In this document: positions 52,583 to 64,000 of the stretch, in pieces | Layout: each line of letters opens with the position of its first letter | How positions within the stretch are numbered: the stretch's first letter is position 1 | Assembly (NCBI RefSeq): GCF_030144855.1 | Contig: NW_026778908.1 | Coordinates: 310,001-374,000 of the forward strand | Source of the DNA: Hypanus sabinus | Lineage: Eukaryota | DNA: 64,000 bases | Reading direction: 5' to 3' | The notes under the pieces: model-generated | The model's input: the letters and a program-made list of their open reading frames with translations, nothing else | What the model was told of the DNA's origin: nothing | Databases searched by the model: none | Program-made: the position numbers and the translations under genes

Positions 52583-53726
52583 GACTCAAAGTTTAAACAC
52601 AAGACATTCTGAAGATGCCGAGAATCCAGAGCAACACGCAGAAAATGCAGCAGGAACTCAGCAAGTCGGGCAGGATGTGTGCAGGGGAATAAACAGGGGT
52701 GGGGTCGCAAGGTCGCTGTGAATTGCAGAGGTGGGGAGGGGAGTATTGGGGGCGGTGTCAGGCTGAGGGGGCTGTGAACTGGAAGCTGGTCAGGGTGTGA
52801 GCGATTTGGACGGAAGAGTCTGGACCAGAGGCAGGGGCGGGGTCTGTGAGTAAGGGTTATAAAGGCGGGGAGGTTTCATCAGTGAGGGAGGGAGTTTCAG
52901 GGATTGGGATTGTGTCGGGGTTTCGTTGGGGGAGGGATGGTTCAATTTACCAAAAGAGTTGCTACTACACCCCTCGCTCCACAACTCGGCTTCGTTCGGA
53001 GTTTTTTCTGCCACTTTGGACCGGGTTAGTTGGCGGCTACTAACGGCGTACTTCTCAGCTGCAGCCGCTGGCAACTCGCCAGGAAGCCATTTCGCTCCAA
53101 ATCCCGGAGCAAACGTTGTTCCCTCACTAACGTCTTCCTTTATCGTCGTGATCCTCGTTCGGTGTAGGAGCCGGAGCATCTGTTGAGACGTCTCGACCTC
53201 TCACGGCCTCGGAGTTCTTTAGAACCGGCGGAGCCTTTCCTGGCGTTGGAATATGTGGCGCCGAGGCAGCACGGAACTTTCGAGTACAAACTTTTTCGTC
53301 CAGTTACTCTACTCGCTCCAGAACGTTATAACCGGCACCACAGTATCTTTCTCGATTTGGACATAGTGCCAGTATGAAGGACCGGTCTCCACGGAGTCGC
53401 AGGCCTTCGGGGAGTTATGCAAAGGCGGCTGCCTCTCCAGCCTCGGACAACGCCCTGTTTCGTGGGTGGAAGAGGAACGCGGGGTGCAATGTATTTTGTG
53501 TCCTGGAATTGCTCTGGAAAAGTGTGCGGAGGCCATGGAGGACTTGGTTGAGAAAAGTGGTATTTTGGCCACCGAGGAAGAGTTCGGGAAGGCAGTGTTT
53601 TATCTGGAGAATGATGAGTTAGTGCACAGAGCTCTTGGTAGGGGGATCACGGTGGAAGACATCTTTTTCCAGATGGAGCTGGTGAAAATCGTTCTCCGTC
53701 ACGTCAAGCCTTTCACCCCCAACGAG

Positions 53727-54570
53727 ATCCTGCTCCTCTTCCCACCCTGTCCCCCTCACCACCATTCAGGGCCCCAGACAGTCCTTCCAGGTGAGGCCAC
53801 ACTTCACCTGTGAGTCGGCTGGTGTGGTATACTGCGTCCGGTGCTCCCGCTGTGGTCTTTTATATATTGGTGAGACCCAATGCAGACTGGGAGACCGTTT
53901 CGCTGAACACCTATGCTCGGTCCGCCAGAGAAAGCAGGATCTCCCAGTGGCCACACATTTTAATTCCACATCCCATTCCCATTCTGATATGTCTATCCAT
54001 GGCCTCCTCTACTGTCAAGATGAAGCCAAACTCAGGTTGGAGGAACAACACCTTATATTCCGTCTGGGTAGCCTCCAACCTGATGGCATGAACATTGACT
54101 TCTCTAACTTCCGTTAATGCCCCTCCTCCCCTTCTTACCCCATCCCATTTATTTATCTATCTATCTATCTATCTATCTATTTATTTATTTACTTGTTTGT
54201 TTTTCTTTCCATTTATCTTTCTATATATCTATGTATCTATTTATTATTTTCCCTCTTTTCTTCTTTTCGCTCTCTCCCTTTTTCTCTCTGTCCCTCTCAC
54301 AATCACTCCTTGCCTGCTCCCCATCTCTCTCTGGTGCTCCCCTTCCCCTTTCTGTCGCCCTAGGCCCCCCCGTCCCATAATCCTCTCCCTTCTCCAGCTG
54401 TGTACCCCTTTTGCCAATCAACTTCATTTCGGATCTCCTCCTCCCCCTCTCAAATCTATTACTATCTTTTCTTTCAGTCAGTTCTGACAAAGGGTCTCAG
54501 CCCGAAACGTCGACAGTGCTTCTTCAGATGTTGTCTGGCCTGCTGCGTTCCACCAGCATTTTGTGTGTGT
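53727..54570 (+). mobile_element. Penelope-like element (GIY-YIG C-terminus plus pLTR) inserted in Tx1 ORF1; includes an (ATCT)n tract
   Basis: VVYCVRCSRCGLLYIGETQCRLGDRFAEHL; Tx1 ORF1 resumes at PPLARLGQIRSG. Confidence 0.85.
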
Positions 54571-57500
54571 TCCTGTCTCCCCCACTAGCCCGCTTGGGAC
54601 AAATAAGGTCAGGGATAACTGCCATAAGACACATATTGAACAAACGTACCCTCCACAACGTAATCTCTTTCCGGTGTCCGGTGTTCATGCAGCTGGACTC
54701 GGAGGACGACGTTGAAGGCTGGTTTACCATCCGACACAAGTGGGTAGACCATCAGGTGTACTGGAGCTCTGAGCGCCCACGGTGCCATGCGTGCAGGGAT
54801 GTGACGCACTTCCGGAGGGACTGTCTTACCACCTGAAACCTTAGGGAGTCCACTTCGGGCAACAGTGACCCAGCTACCTCTGCCCCTGATCCTATTCCTG
54901 CGCCTGCCCCTGCTTCTACCCCTGACCCTGTCCCTACCCCTGTACCTATTCCTACGTCTGTTTCATTCCCTGCTCCTGCCCCTGTGGTTCGGGTGGGAGA
55001 TCTTGAGGCTGTGTGCAGGGAGGTTCCGGCAGCGGACGGGGTGGAGCCTGTGCGGGGCAAGAAAGCGAAGAAGAAATACAAACACTCTAAGAAGTCAGCC
55101 CCCGGGAACGCAGAGCTCACGCCCATCTGCCCTGAAGTGGAGCGGGAGGCTCTGGGAAGTGCGCAGGTGGACCGGGTGATGGAAGCGGGGAGTGCCCGCC
55201 CATCGGTGAATCCTGCACCAGTGTGTTCCCCCAAGAGGACAGGGAATGTAGTTGCGGGGGAGTCCCAGGAAGAGGTGGGAATCCGGGTGTGGGTTGGTTC
55301 TAATCCTGAATCCCCAGATGTAGCCACCAGTCCTGCGGTAGGTGGCGTGTTTGTGCAGAAAGCTAGTGTTAGCCCTGTGTACGCAACTGAACAGCCCTAG
55401 AGCCCTCCACCCAGGACTTAGTAGTTAGTGCCTCCCTGGAGGCATGTGTATCAAATATACCCTCCCCCCAGGACTTAGTAGTTAGTGCCTCCCTGGAGGC
55501 ATGTGTATCAAATAATGCAAGCGGAAAGGAGACCAAGCCCTTTCACTCTCAGCATCAGGCTGCCGGTGGATCCCTAGGACCAGAGATGCTGGAGTCCTCC
55601 TCGGGGAGGGTGATATACTCCGCATGCCGACCCCATCAACTAATAGCCCGCAGGGAGTCCTTGGGGATTATTCCTCCATTGTTGGAACAGTGGATATGAC
55701 TGATGTGACGGTGGAGCGGGCAGGTATGAGTGGGGTATCCGCTGCGCAGTGTGAATTACAAGTGCAGCCATCTATTAGAATACAGGGGGAGGAAGATGGG
55801 GATCTATTTGTAGTGAGGGGTTGGAGGGAGGCTCCTTTGATAGCGAGACAATGGACTTTCTCACTCCTCCTGAGAAATCACCGTTGATACCTGTGGAGGA
55901 AATCAGAGAGTTCATTCTCACCTCTGACCGTGCAAAGCATCGGCCGAAATTAGCATCCCTTCGCTTAGTATGCCGAGACTGGTTAAGTCCTTGCGAGTCA
56001 TCTTCAGACGGATGGGGAAGGGGAAAGAGGAATGCAGTGTCGGGGACTGACAGGCAACAGCTGAAATCCCTCCTGGATGACCTGGTTAAGCATATCAGAG
56101 TGGGAGGCAGTCTCAATCCTTCGGGAGATGTTGGGTTGGGTGGGTTGGTACCACTCGGGTTATCCCGGAGAGCAAAGAGCTCTCTCGCCTTTTTTCGGGA
56201 AATGTGGTTAAGGGCGCCCCCTGGTGTTCTCCCGACATGAAGCTCAACGCAGTTAGTTCAATTGTAAATGGTAACAGGCGTTCTATCCGCAGATTTGGCA
56301 ATCTCTCAGTCCTCAGGGATGGGAGGAATGCGGTGAGTTTCCTGCAGGAAACCCATACCATCCTGGGGGACGAGTCCGCTTGGCTGCTGGACTGGCAGTG
56401 AGAGGTCTATATGAGCCACCTCAGCTCCAGCTCTAGTGGGGTGGCGATCCTGCTGAAAGGTTCCTGGCTCCAACCTTCCAGCCGGAAATCCCAAGAGTCC
56501 AAGATGTCGTGCCCGGCCGTCTGCTCCACCTGGCCTTGTGCCTGGATGGTGTACCTCTGCATTTAATCAATGTGTATACTCCAAGGCGCGGGGTGATGCA
56601 GACCTGCCTATTCTATCAGCTGTCCACTCTGCTGAGTTCCATCGATCCTGGGAACTGCGTCATCCTCGGGGGAGACTTCAACTGTACCCTCGAGGTGGAG
56701 GACCGCTCTGGTCTCCAACGCGACCCAGCATCGGCAAAAAAAAGTTAAAGGAGCTAGTCGGCTTGGTGGACAGCTGCGGAATCTTCACCCCGACTCCAGA
56801 GCCTTCCCGAGAGGGAGGTTCCCGGATAGACCGCCTGTTCATCTCTGGGGCGTACATGCGGCCGCTGTCGTGCTCGGATCATCACCTTGTGTGGATGGAA
56901 TTTACTCCTCTGCACCCTCGGGTGCGATCTGGGTATTGGCACTTTAACAACCAGCTGCTGCAGGACCCCCGATTGCGGGATTCGTTCCGAGCGTTCTGGG
57001 TGGGGGGGGGGAGAGAGAGAGAGAGAGAGTTCTGCTCCCTACGGCTGTAGTGGGAAGTCGGCAAAGCCCAACAGGGAGTACACTAGGGGGTCGACAAAGA
57101 GGCTGGGCTCTGAGATTGACCGGCTTGAGAGAGCGTTGCTTCACCTAGAGACCCGTCTTGCTCCGACCGCTGGGGACCAACTTCAATGGCAGGAATAGCA
57201 GGAGAAGAAGGACTCACTAAGGAATCTGAAGCTCAAGCAGACCCGAGAATGCTGCAGGATTCAGACCGCGGCTCACCCTTCTTCTGCTGTTGGAGAAGTG
57301 GCTGGAAGTTCAAAAGCAGCTAGTGGAGTTACTGGCTGCTGATGGCTCCTCCATCACGGATCCTGACGAAATCAATATAGAAGTCCGCTCATTCTATCGG
57401 TCCTTATTCTCACCGGATCCGTCAAATGCAGAGGCGTGCAGTGAGGTCTGGGAAGATTTGCCAAAGGTCAGCCCTGATGACGCAGCGCGTCTGGACGCTC

Positions 57501-57856
57501 CCCTGACTCGGGAGGAGCTGTCTACTGCCCTTCGGCAACTCCGGAGGGGTAAATCCCCTGGCTTAGATGGTCTGAGTGTGGAGTTCTATCAGGCTTTTTG
57601 GGATGTCCTGGGGGATGATTACAGCCTTGTTCTAGAGGAGAGCCTAGACACCGGGGAAATGCCCCTCTCATGGCGAAGAGCTGTTGTGGTCCTACTGCCC
57701 AAGAAGGGGGACCTCCGCCTGCTAAAGAACTGGCGCCCGGTCTCCCTCTTGTGCGCGGACAACAAGATCTTCGCCCGGGCAATGGCCAACCGTCTTGGTT
57801 CAGTAATGAGACAGGTGATTCATCCTGACCAATCTTACACAATCCCGGGCTGCTCC

Positions 57857-58490
57857 ATCCAGGACAATGTCCACCTAGTACGGGACCTGATCCACCTGCA
57901 CCAGGAGACTGGGTCCCGGGCCGCTCCATCCAGGACAATGTCCACCTAGTACGGGACCTGATCCACCTGCACCAGGAGACCGGGTCCCGGGCCGCTCCAT
58001 GAGGACAATGTCCACCTAGTACGGGACCTGATCCACCTGCACCAGGAGACTGGGTCCCGGGCCGCTCCATGAGGACAATGTCCACCTAGTACGGGACCTG
58101 ATCCACCTGCAGCGGGAGACTGGGTCCCGGGCCGCTCCATCCAGGACAATGTCCACCTAGTACGGGACCTGATCCACCTGCAGCGGGAGACTGGGTCCCG
58201 GGCCGCTCCATCCAGGACAATGTCCACCTAGTACGGGACCTGATCCACCTGCAGCGGGAGACTGGGTCCCGGGCCGCTCCATCCAGGACAATGTCCACCT
58301 AGTACGGGACCTGATCCACCTGCAGCAGGAGACTGGGTCCCGGGCCGCTCCATCCAGGACAATGTCCACCTAGTACGGGACTGATCCACCTGCACCAGGA
58401 GACTGGGTCCCGGGCCGCTCCATCCAGGACAATGTCCACCTAGTACGGGACCTAATCCACCTGCACCAGGAGACTGGGTCCCGGGCAGCG
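57857..58490. repeat. 71-bp tandem array (9 copies) inside the Tx1 RT
   Basis: Unit starts at 57857, 57928, 57999, 58069, 58139, 58210, 58281, 58352 and 58422. Confidence 0.95.
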
Positions 58491-59954
58491 TTTCTTTCTC
58501 TTGACCGGGAGAAGGCGTTTGACCGGGTAGACAACAGTTTCCTGGTGGACTCTCTGCAGGCCTTTGGGCTCGGACCACACTTTGTGGCCCGAGTTCGGCT
58601 CCTATACACTGCCGCAGAGTGCCTAGTTAAGGTCAATGGATCACTGGCAGCGCCCATTCCCTTCAGGAGAGGAGTACGTCAGGGATGCCCCATGTCCAGT
58701 CAATTGTATGCGATCTGTGTTGAGCCATTCCTGAGCCTCCTACGGCGAAGGCTGACAGGTCTGGTTCTGCGTGAAATGGACATGGAGGTCGTCCTCTCAG
58801 CCTACGCTGATGATGTACTCCTCATGGTGACAGATCCCAGTGACCTACGGAGGATGCGCGAGTGCCAAGAAGTTTTCTCGGCAGCATCCTCCGCCAGGAT
58901 CAACTGGGCGAAATGTTCCGGACTCTTAGTGGGTCAGTGGCAGGTGGACTCCCTGCCGGGGGAGATGAGAGCTTTTGAGTGGAGCACCAGGCATCTCCTC
59001 TATCTGGGAGTCTACCTGAATCCTTCTGGGGAGACCTGGCTGGCGAACTGGCAGGAGCTGGAGACAAAAGTCATGGCCCGGCTGGAGCGCAGGTCAAGCC
59101 TTCTCAGGGTGCTTTGCCCAGGCACCGCAATCTGATCCGAGAGCCGAGCCGCACAACCTGAGCCGTCGCTCCTCGACACCCACAATCCCATTCAGGGATG
59201 CAAGTAGGAGGTACCTGTATGGGTTGCTGCTCCACACCTTCCACTTCCCAGCCCTTGTCCACCGTCCCGACACGCCATGACGGGCCGACTTTCCACCTGG
59301 AGGTGAGGGGAGTCCCGAATGGAAGTCCCTTTACGAGGGAGTTCTTCCCATGAAGAACATGGGCTGGAGGCTGCTGCATGGAACAGTGCCCTGTAATAAG
59401 TTATTTAGTTTGTACACGGATCTCCCAGCAGCAAGGAGGATACCGTGTACCACAGTGCATGGAGCGTGCGAGACTGCAGCCCCTTTTTGCGTATCTGCGT
59501 GGGCTGCTTCTCGACTTCTGGTTACATTTTAGCCCCACCCTATTGATATACGGTCATGCAGTAAGTAGGAGACATGGAGGGATGAGGATGTTCTTGTCAA
59601 CTTGCTCCTGGGGCTGGCGAGATCAGCCATCCGTGGGTCTTAGAAACGGGTGGCGGAGGGATCCGCCCGGGCAAACTGTCAGGCAATGTTTAGCGGGTAT
59701 GTTCGTGCCCCGGTAGGTATTCAGAAGGAGCACGCGCTGTCCACGGGGACCTTAGGGGCGTTCCGGGATCGTGGGCTTCTCGTGGGGGGGGGGAGGCGGG
59801 GTGGAGGAGGTGGAGGGTTAGTACTGTCATTGACAGAGATGGAAACATATTAGTTTATTGTGTAATCTCTATTTGTAGAGTATTAATTGTGTTAGCTACT
59901 GGTCTGTGTATATTGTAGCACTGAATTTTAGAAAGATATTTTGTGAAATCCAGG

Positions 59955-59986
59955 AGTGAGACACAGAGTGAAACCCCCCCCCCCCC

Positions 59987-60026
<40 letters not shown>

Positions 60027-60990
60027 CTCTCGGGGTCAGACACAGAGTGAAACTCTCTCCACACAGTCCTGTGCTCAGACACAGAGTGAAGCTCCCTCGA
60101 CACCGACCCATCATGCAATCACATGGTCAGACACAGAGTGAACCCCCTCCACAGTGATGCACCATCAATAACTCTCTCTGAGACGTAAAGGCGAGATATC
60201 GGCTTTTATTGACTGGAAGAAGGAACAAGCAGTGAGTGACCACCATACGACATCCTGGAGACTGAGAGGCCGGGCTCAGGCCTTGATCGCCTTTATACAG
60301 GGGTCTGTAGGAGGAGCCACAGGAGCAGTCAGCAGGGGGCGTGTCCAGACAGGGATATGTAGTTCACCATACACACAGTCCTGGGGTCAGACACAGAATG
60401 AAACTCCCTCCACACCGTCCTGGGGTCAGACACAGAGTGAAACCCCCTCCACACCGTCCTGGGGTCAGACACAGAATGAAACTCCCTCCACACCGTCCTG
60501 GGGTCAGACACAGAGTGAAACCTCTCCACACAGTCCTGGGGTCAGACACAGTGAAACTCCCCCCACACAGTCCTGTGCTCAGACACAGAGTGAAACTCCC
60601 CCCACACAGTCCTGTGCTCAGACACAGAGTGAAACCTCTCCACACAGTCCTGTGCTCAGACACAGAGTGAAACTCCCTCCACACCGTCCTGGGGTCAGAC
60701 ACAGAGTGAAACTCCCCCCACACAGTCCTGTGCTCAGACACAGAGTGAAACCTCTCCACACAGTCCTGTGCTCAGACACAGAGTGAAACTCCCTCCACAC
60801 CGTCCTGGGGTCAGACACAGAGTGAAACTCCCCCCACACAGTCCTGTGCTCAGACACAGAGTAAAACCTCTCCACACAGTCCTGGGGTCAGACACAGAGT
60901 GAAACCCCCTCCACACCGTCCTGGGGTCAGACACAGAGTGAAACCTCTCCACACAGTCCTGTGCTCAGACACAGAGTAAAACTCCCTCAA
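59955..60990. repeat. About 39-bp satellite (cagacacagagtgaaactccctccacacagtcctgtgct) with poly-C/(CA)n start
   Basis: Direct tandem units with two alternating tail variants (cctgtgct / cctggggt). Confidence 0.92.
60155..60373 (-). mobile_element. Solo LTR of the same Gypsy family as 13653-18110
   Basis: The reverse complement aligns along its length with the LTR at 17897-18110; flanked by CACAG at 60150-60154 and 60374-60378. Confidence 0.92.
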
Positions 60991-61791
60991 CGTTATCCCA
61001 TCACACCCTCTCGGAACAGGGAAATCACAGTTTATTGATTCTGTCTCCCTCGAGCTAAGCTAAGAAGGTTCGGGCTTTGGAAAGAAATGTGGACACACAT
61101 GCAGCGTGTAAATACAGGTCAGCGGGGAGGCTGCTGAGATGTTAATTAGCGCCCAGTCTGTCTATTGTTACCTCGGCTTTGAGGACTGATTTACATCTGC
61201 TGAGGATTAAACCCCTGTGATGCAGACACGGTGACACACTCTCCCCCAAACCCGGCACCCAGCACCCCGGCATGGCGGGCTTCAGGACTGAACCCGTTCA
61301 ATGAACATCCGCGGGTTCTGATCGAGCAGCCGTCCCCGAGTTCCCAGAGGCAGAGGGAAGAGATGATAATGAGCCGATGATGAATATTTTCCATCCCTCA
61401 GTCGCCAAGGACTGGGTTACCCTGGAAACTGGGTTGCAGAGAGGTTGTAATCAGCCCATGAGAGAGGCGGGGGGGGGGGGGGGGGGGGGGTGGAGAGAGA
61501 AGAAAGCAGTTTGTGATCAGTGTGAGAGAGAGGGGCAAAGAGAAAGAAAGAGTGCGAGAGGGGGCAGAGGTGGAGAAATAGTGATAGAGATAGCGAGGAA
61601 AGCATATTGAGTTTGCTGAGGGATTGTAATCATTTTGTGTGAGAGGCAGAGAGAGAAAGGGAGTGGGAGGCAGTGTAAGTGGCAGAGAGTGAGAGAAAGA
61701 AAAAGACAGAAAGTGTGTGAGATGGGGAGAGCAAACTCCATAGTTATTGACAAGTTGTAATCAGTTTGTGATCGATAGAGAGACGGAGTGA

Positions 61792-61827
<36 letters not shown>

Positions 61828-61951
61828 GGGGAGGGTGGGAAGGAGAGAGAGAAAGAAGGCGGAGGGAGGAAGAGCAGAAGAGACTCGGAGATCCCAGCTT
61901 TGTATTGGATTTCCGCGAGGGTAGTTCTGGAGTATGGTTCTCTGAGACACT

Positions 61952-62020
61952 ATGGGATCTGCCCCTTCCACAGCCCTGCCCAAGGTCATTCACCTGGAGG
62001 TGGATGGAAGGATTCGAAAG
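61952..62020 (+). CDS. PDE9A: PDE9A-like cGMP phosphodiesterase, coding exon 1 (MGSAPSTALPKVIHLEVDGRIRK)
   Basis: 23 codons ending at donor AAG|GTAGGA (phase 0). Closely matches the recalled human PDE9A exon-1 peptide [23 protein letters not shown] in length and motif; further exons were not found in the window. Confidence 0.75.
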
Positions 62021-62184
62021 GTAGGATTATTGCCCAATGGTTTCTCACTTCATCCCTCATTACCAGCACCCAGAAACAACTCATCCTTTGAAGGAATAGC
62101 GTACGCCCTTATCCAGAATTGTGTTCGCGGGATAGGAATCCTACCGTAACATGGATATGTATGGTGGGACGGTATGGAGGAAAA

Positions 62185-62470
62185 TTCACTCTGTGTCTGA
62201 CTCCGGGAGTGTGTGATGGGACGGCGAGGAGGGAGTTTCACTCTGTGTCTGACTCCGGGAGTGTGTGATGGGACGGCGAGGAGGGAGTTTCACTCTGTGT
62301 CTAACCTCGAGAGTGTGTGATCGATTGGTGGGAGGGAGCTTTGCTCTGTTTCTGACCACAGGAGTGTGTGATGGGACGGTATGGAGGGAGCTTCACTCTG
62401 TGTCTCACCCTAGAAATCTGTGATGGTGTGGTGGAAGTTCCACTTGGTGTCTGACCTCGGGAGCGTGTGA
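62185..62470. repeat. About 52-bp satellite units, reverse-complement relative of the 39-bp array
   Basis: gagggagtttcactctgtgtctg is the reverse complement of cagacacagagtgaaactccctc. Confidence 0.85.
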
Positions 62471-63319
62471 TGGGATATTTGAAACATTGATCTCTAGTGA
62501 TGGTCCTAGACACTGAAGAAGATTGGTTATTTCCTTGAACCCCAGGAGGTGGCCACAAGGCCCATCCTGACTGTGACGGTGCACGGAACAGTCCCATTCC
62601 CACACGGAATTTACATGTAACCGGTTTTCCTCGCAGTCACAGTCTGAGAGCTGGGTCAGTAACTGAGACAAAGGCGCCCCTGTCTTGTCAAAATGTTCAG
62701 ACAGCCCGTCATGTGCGCTGTCGGGGTGTCTGATCCCACTCCACACCGAGGGTTTCTCCTGACCCCGGGAAACCTCTCCAGCCTGTTCTGTCTCTCCCAT
62801 CGCCAGCCTGTAGCGAGGCCATTTGGCCCATCCCTCTCTTTCCAGCCTTTGAAATAGCCTTTCCAATCAGACCCCCATCTCCTTCTCCCGATGTTTATTC
62901 TCCATTGGGAATCTCCTACCCTATCTGTTTATGTCGCACTTCCCCCTCCTTTCAGACAAAACATTATCTCCCCTTCACCCCTCCACGGAAAATGTTTTAC
63001 ACCCGCATTTACTCCACCATTTTGTTTTTGCTCCGATCACATTATCGTCCCCAGGAGTGGATATTTCCCATTGCTAAACCCGGGAATCCAGGAAGGAGGC
63101 GCTTCAGCCGGCTCAGAGTCCGTGCTAGCTCTTCGTCGATCCCATCATTCCCACCTTCTGTTCCTGAACCAGTCATCAAATGGAACAACCTTCTTCCACA
63201 CATCCAACCCCAACGGGCCGGGGGTTTGCTCATCTCTGAAGGTGAATTGTGACATGATTAATTCATGTCCCAGAATTTATTCCGGGCATGTGTGAAATGA
63301 TCCACTTCGGGAGATCAAT

Positions 63320-64000
63320 ATGTGGAACACTGTGTTGACAGGGTTGTTCAGGAGATGTTTGGTGTTTTGACATTCATTAGTCACGGGATTGAGCTCCAGA
63401 GCCGCCAGGTGATATTGCAGATCGATAAAACTCTGATTAAAACATACTGGAGTATTGTGTTCACTTCTGGTCGCCTCAATTTAGGAAGGATGTGGAAGCC
63501 AAGGGAATCTACCAGGATGCTGCCTGGATTAGACAGCCTGTCTTCTGAGGATAGATTGAGTGAACGAGGGCTTTTCTCTTTGGAGCAAAGGGGAATGAGA
63601 CTTCACAGAGGGGTACGATGTGATAAGTGGTATGTATGGAGTGGACAGCAGCTACTTTGTCTCGAATGTGCCGCCTGGTAGAGGCAGATACGACAGAGGT
63701 GGTTAATAGTCAATTAGACAGGTGCAGGAACATGTGGACAATGGAGAGATGTGGGGAGAAGGAGTTGGGTGACATTAGTTTTAATAGTTTGGCACAATAT
63801 GATGGGTGGAAGAACCTTTACCAGTGTGGTACTGTTATCCTTGGCTCCAAGGGGATCTTTCCAATCACCTCTGGTCTCCCTGCCAGAGTCTAACACTCTC
63901 GTCCTGGGAAACATTCTGGTAAACCACTCCCGTGTCCTCTCACAAGCTCCCGGAATGTATTTCCCTGAACTGCACCAAGGCATTTCAGGCTGGAATAACT
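63320..64000. mobile_element. CR1 LINE fragments (approx.)
   Basis: Degenerate GIELQSRQVILQ..KTL and GLFSLEQR on the plus strand; a reverse CR1 fragment follows after about 63830. Confidence 0.7.

Larger units (their letters stand above)
53030..59945 (+). mobile_element. Near full-length, degenerate Tx1-clade LINE (ORF1 from 53374, ORF2 from 56237) (approx. ends)
   Basis: ORF1 SYAKAAA and CHACRDVTHFRRDC knuckle; endonuclease FLQETH, GGDFNC, SDH; RT KSPGLDG, NWRPVSLL, SLDREKAFDRVD, GVRQGCP, YADDV. Multiple stops and frameshifts. Confidence 0.88.

Noticed and set aside
61030-61440. Minus-strand terminal exon and AATAAA of a second TM gene (…WKIFII…)
   Set aside because: The hydrophobic stretch needs a frameshift and no upstream exons were found; the region is more simply the PDE9-like upstream region.
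62546-63241. Candidate plus-strand exons (62546 onward; 63056-63241) for the PDE9-like gene or an Ig remnant
   Set aside because: The translations do not resemble the recalled PDE9A exon 2 (VIFSKYCNSSDIMDLFC), and the Ig-like reading requires frameshifts.

Overview
This is eukaryotic (vertebrate) genomic DNA. The repeat mix (CR1, Rex/Babar, Tx1, Penelope-like elements, V-SINE) points to a cartilaginous fish, probably a batoid; that assignment is an inference. About 80% of the window is transposon remnants and tandem repeats, and there is one 325-nt N gap (33666-33990). Three intron-split host genes, which the ORF track does not show as genes, can be assembled by hand from splice signals. (1) The 5' part of a Siglec gene on the minus strand: leader exon 9251-9305, V-set exon 1323-1688, and a probable non-coding first exon near 18.75-18.85 kb beside a PU.1-type motif. 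(2) A complete 8-exon, 256-aa TMEM95-like gene of the IZUMO1/SPACA6/TMEM95 sperm-egg fusion superfamily (36379-52506, plus strand). (3) Coding exon 1 of a PDE9A-like phosphodiesterase (61952-62020, plus strand). Mobile elements include a full-length Mag-type Gypsy LTR retrotransposon whose primer-binding position is complementary to its own LTR rather than to a tRNA, and a solo LTR of the same family. There is also an internally deleted BEL/Pao element nested in an R4/Dong LINE that is itself nested in a Rex/Babar tail, an L1, a near full-length Tx1 carrying a newly formed 71-bp minisatellite, and Penelope-like pieces with hammerhead-type motifs. Repeat boundaries marked approx. are by eye, and all family assignments come from recalled motifs, not database searches.
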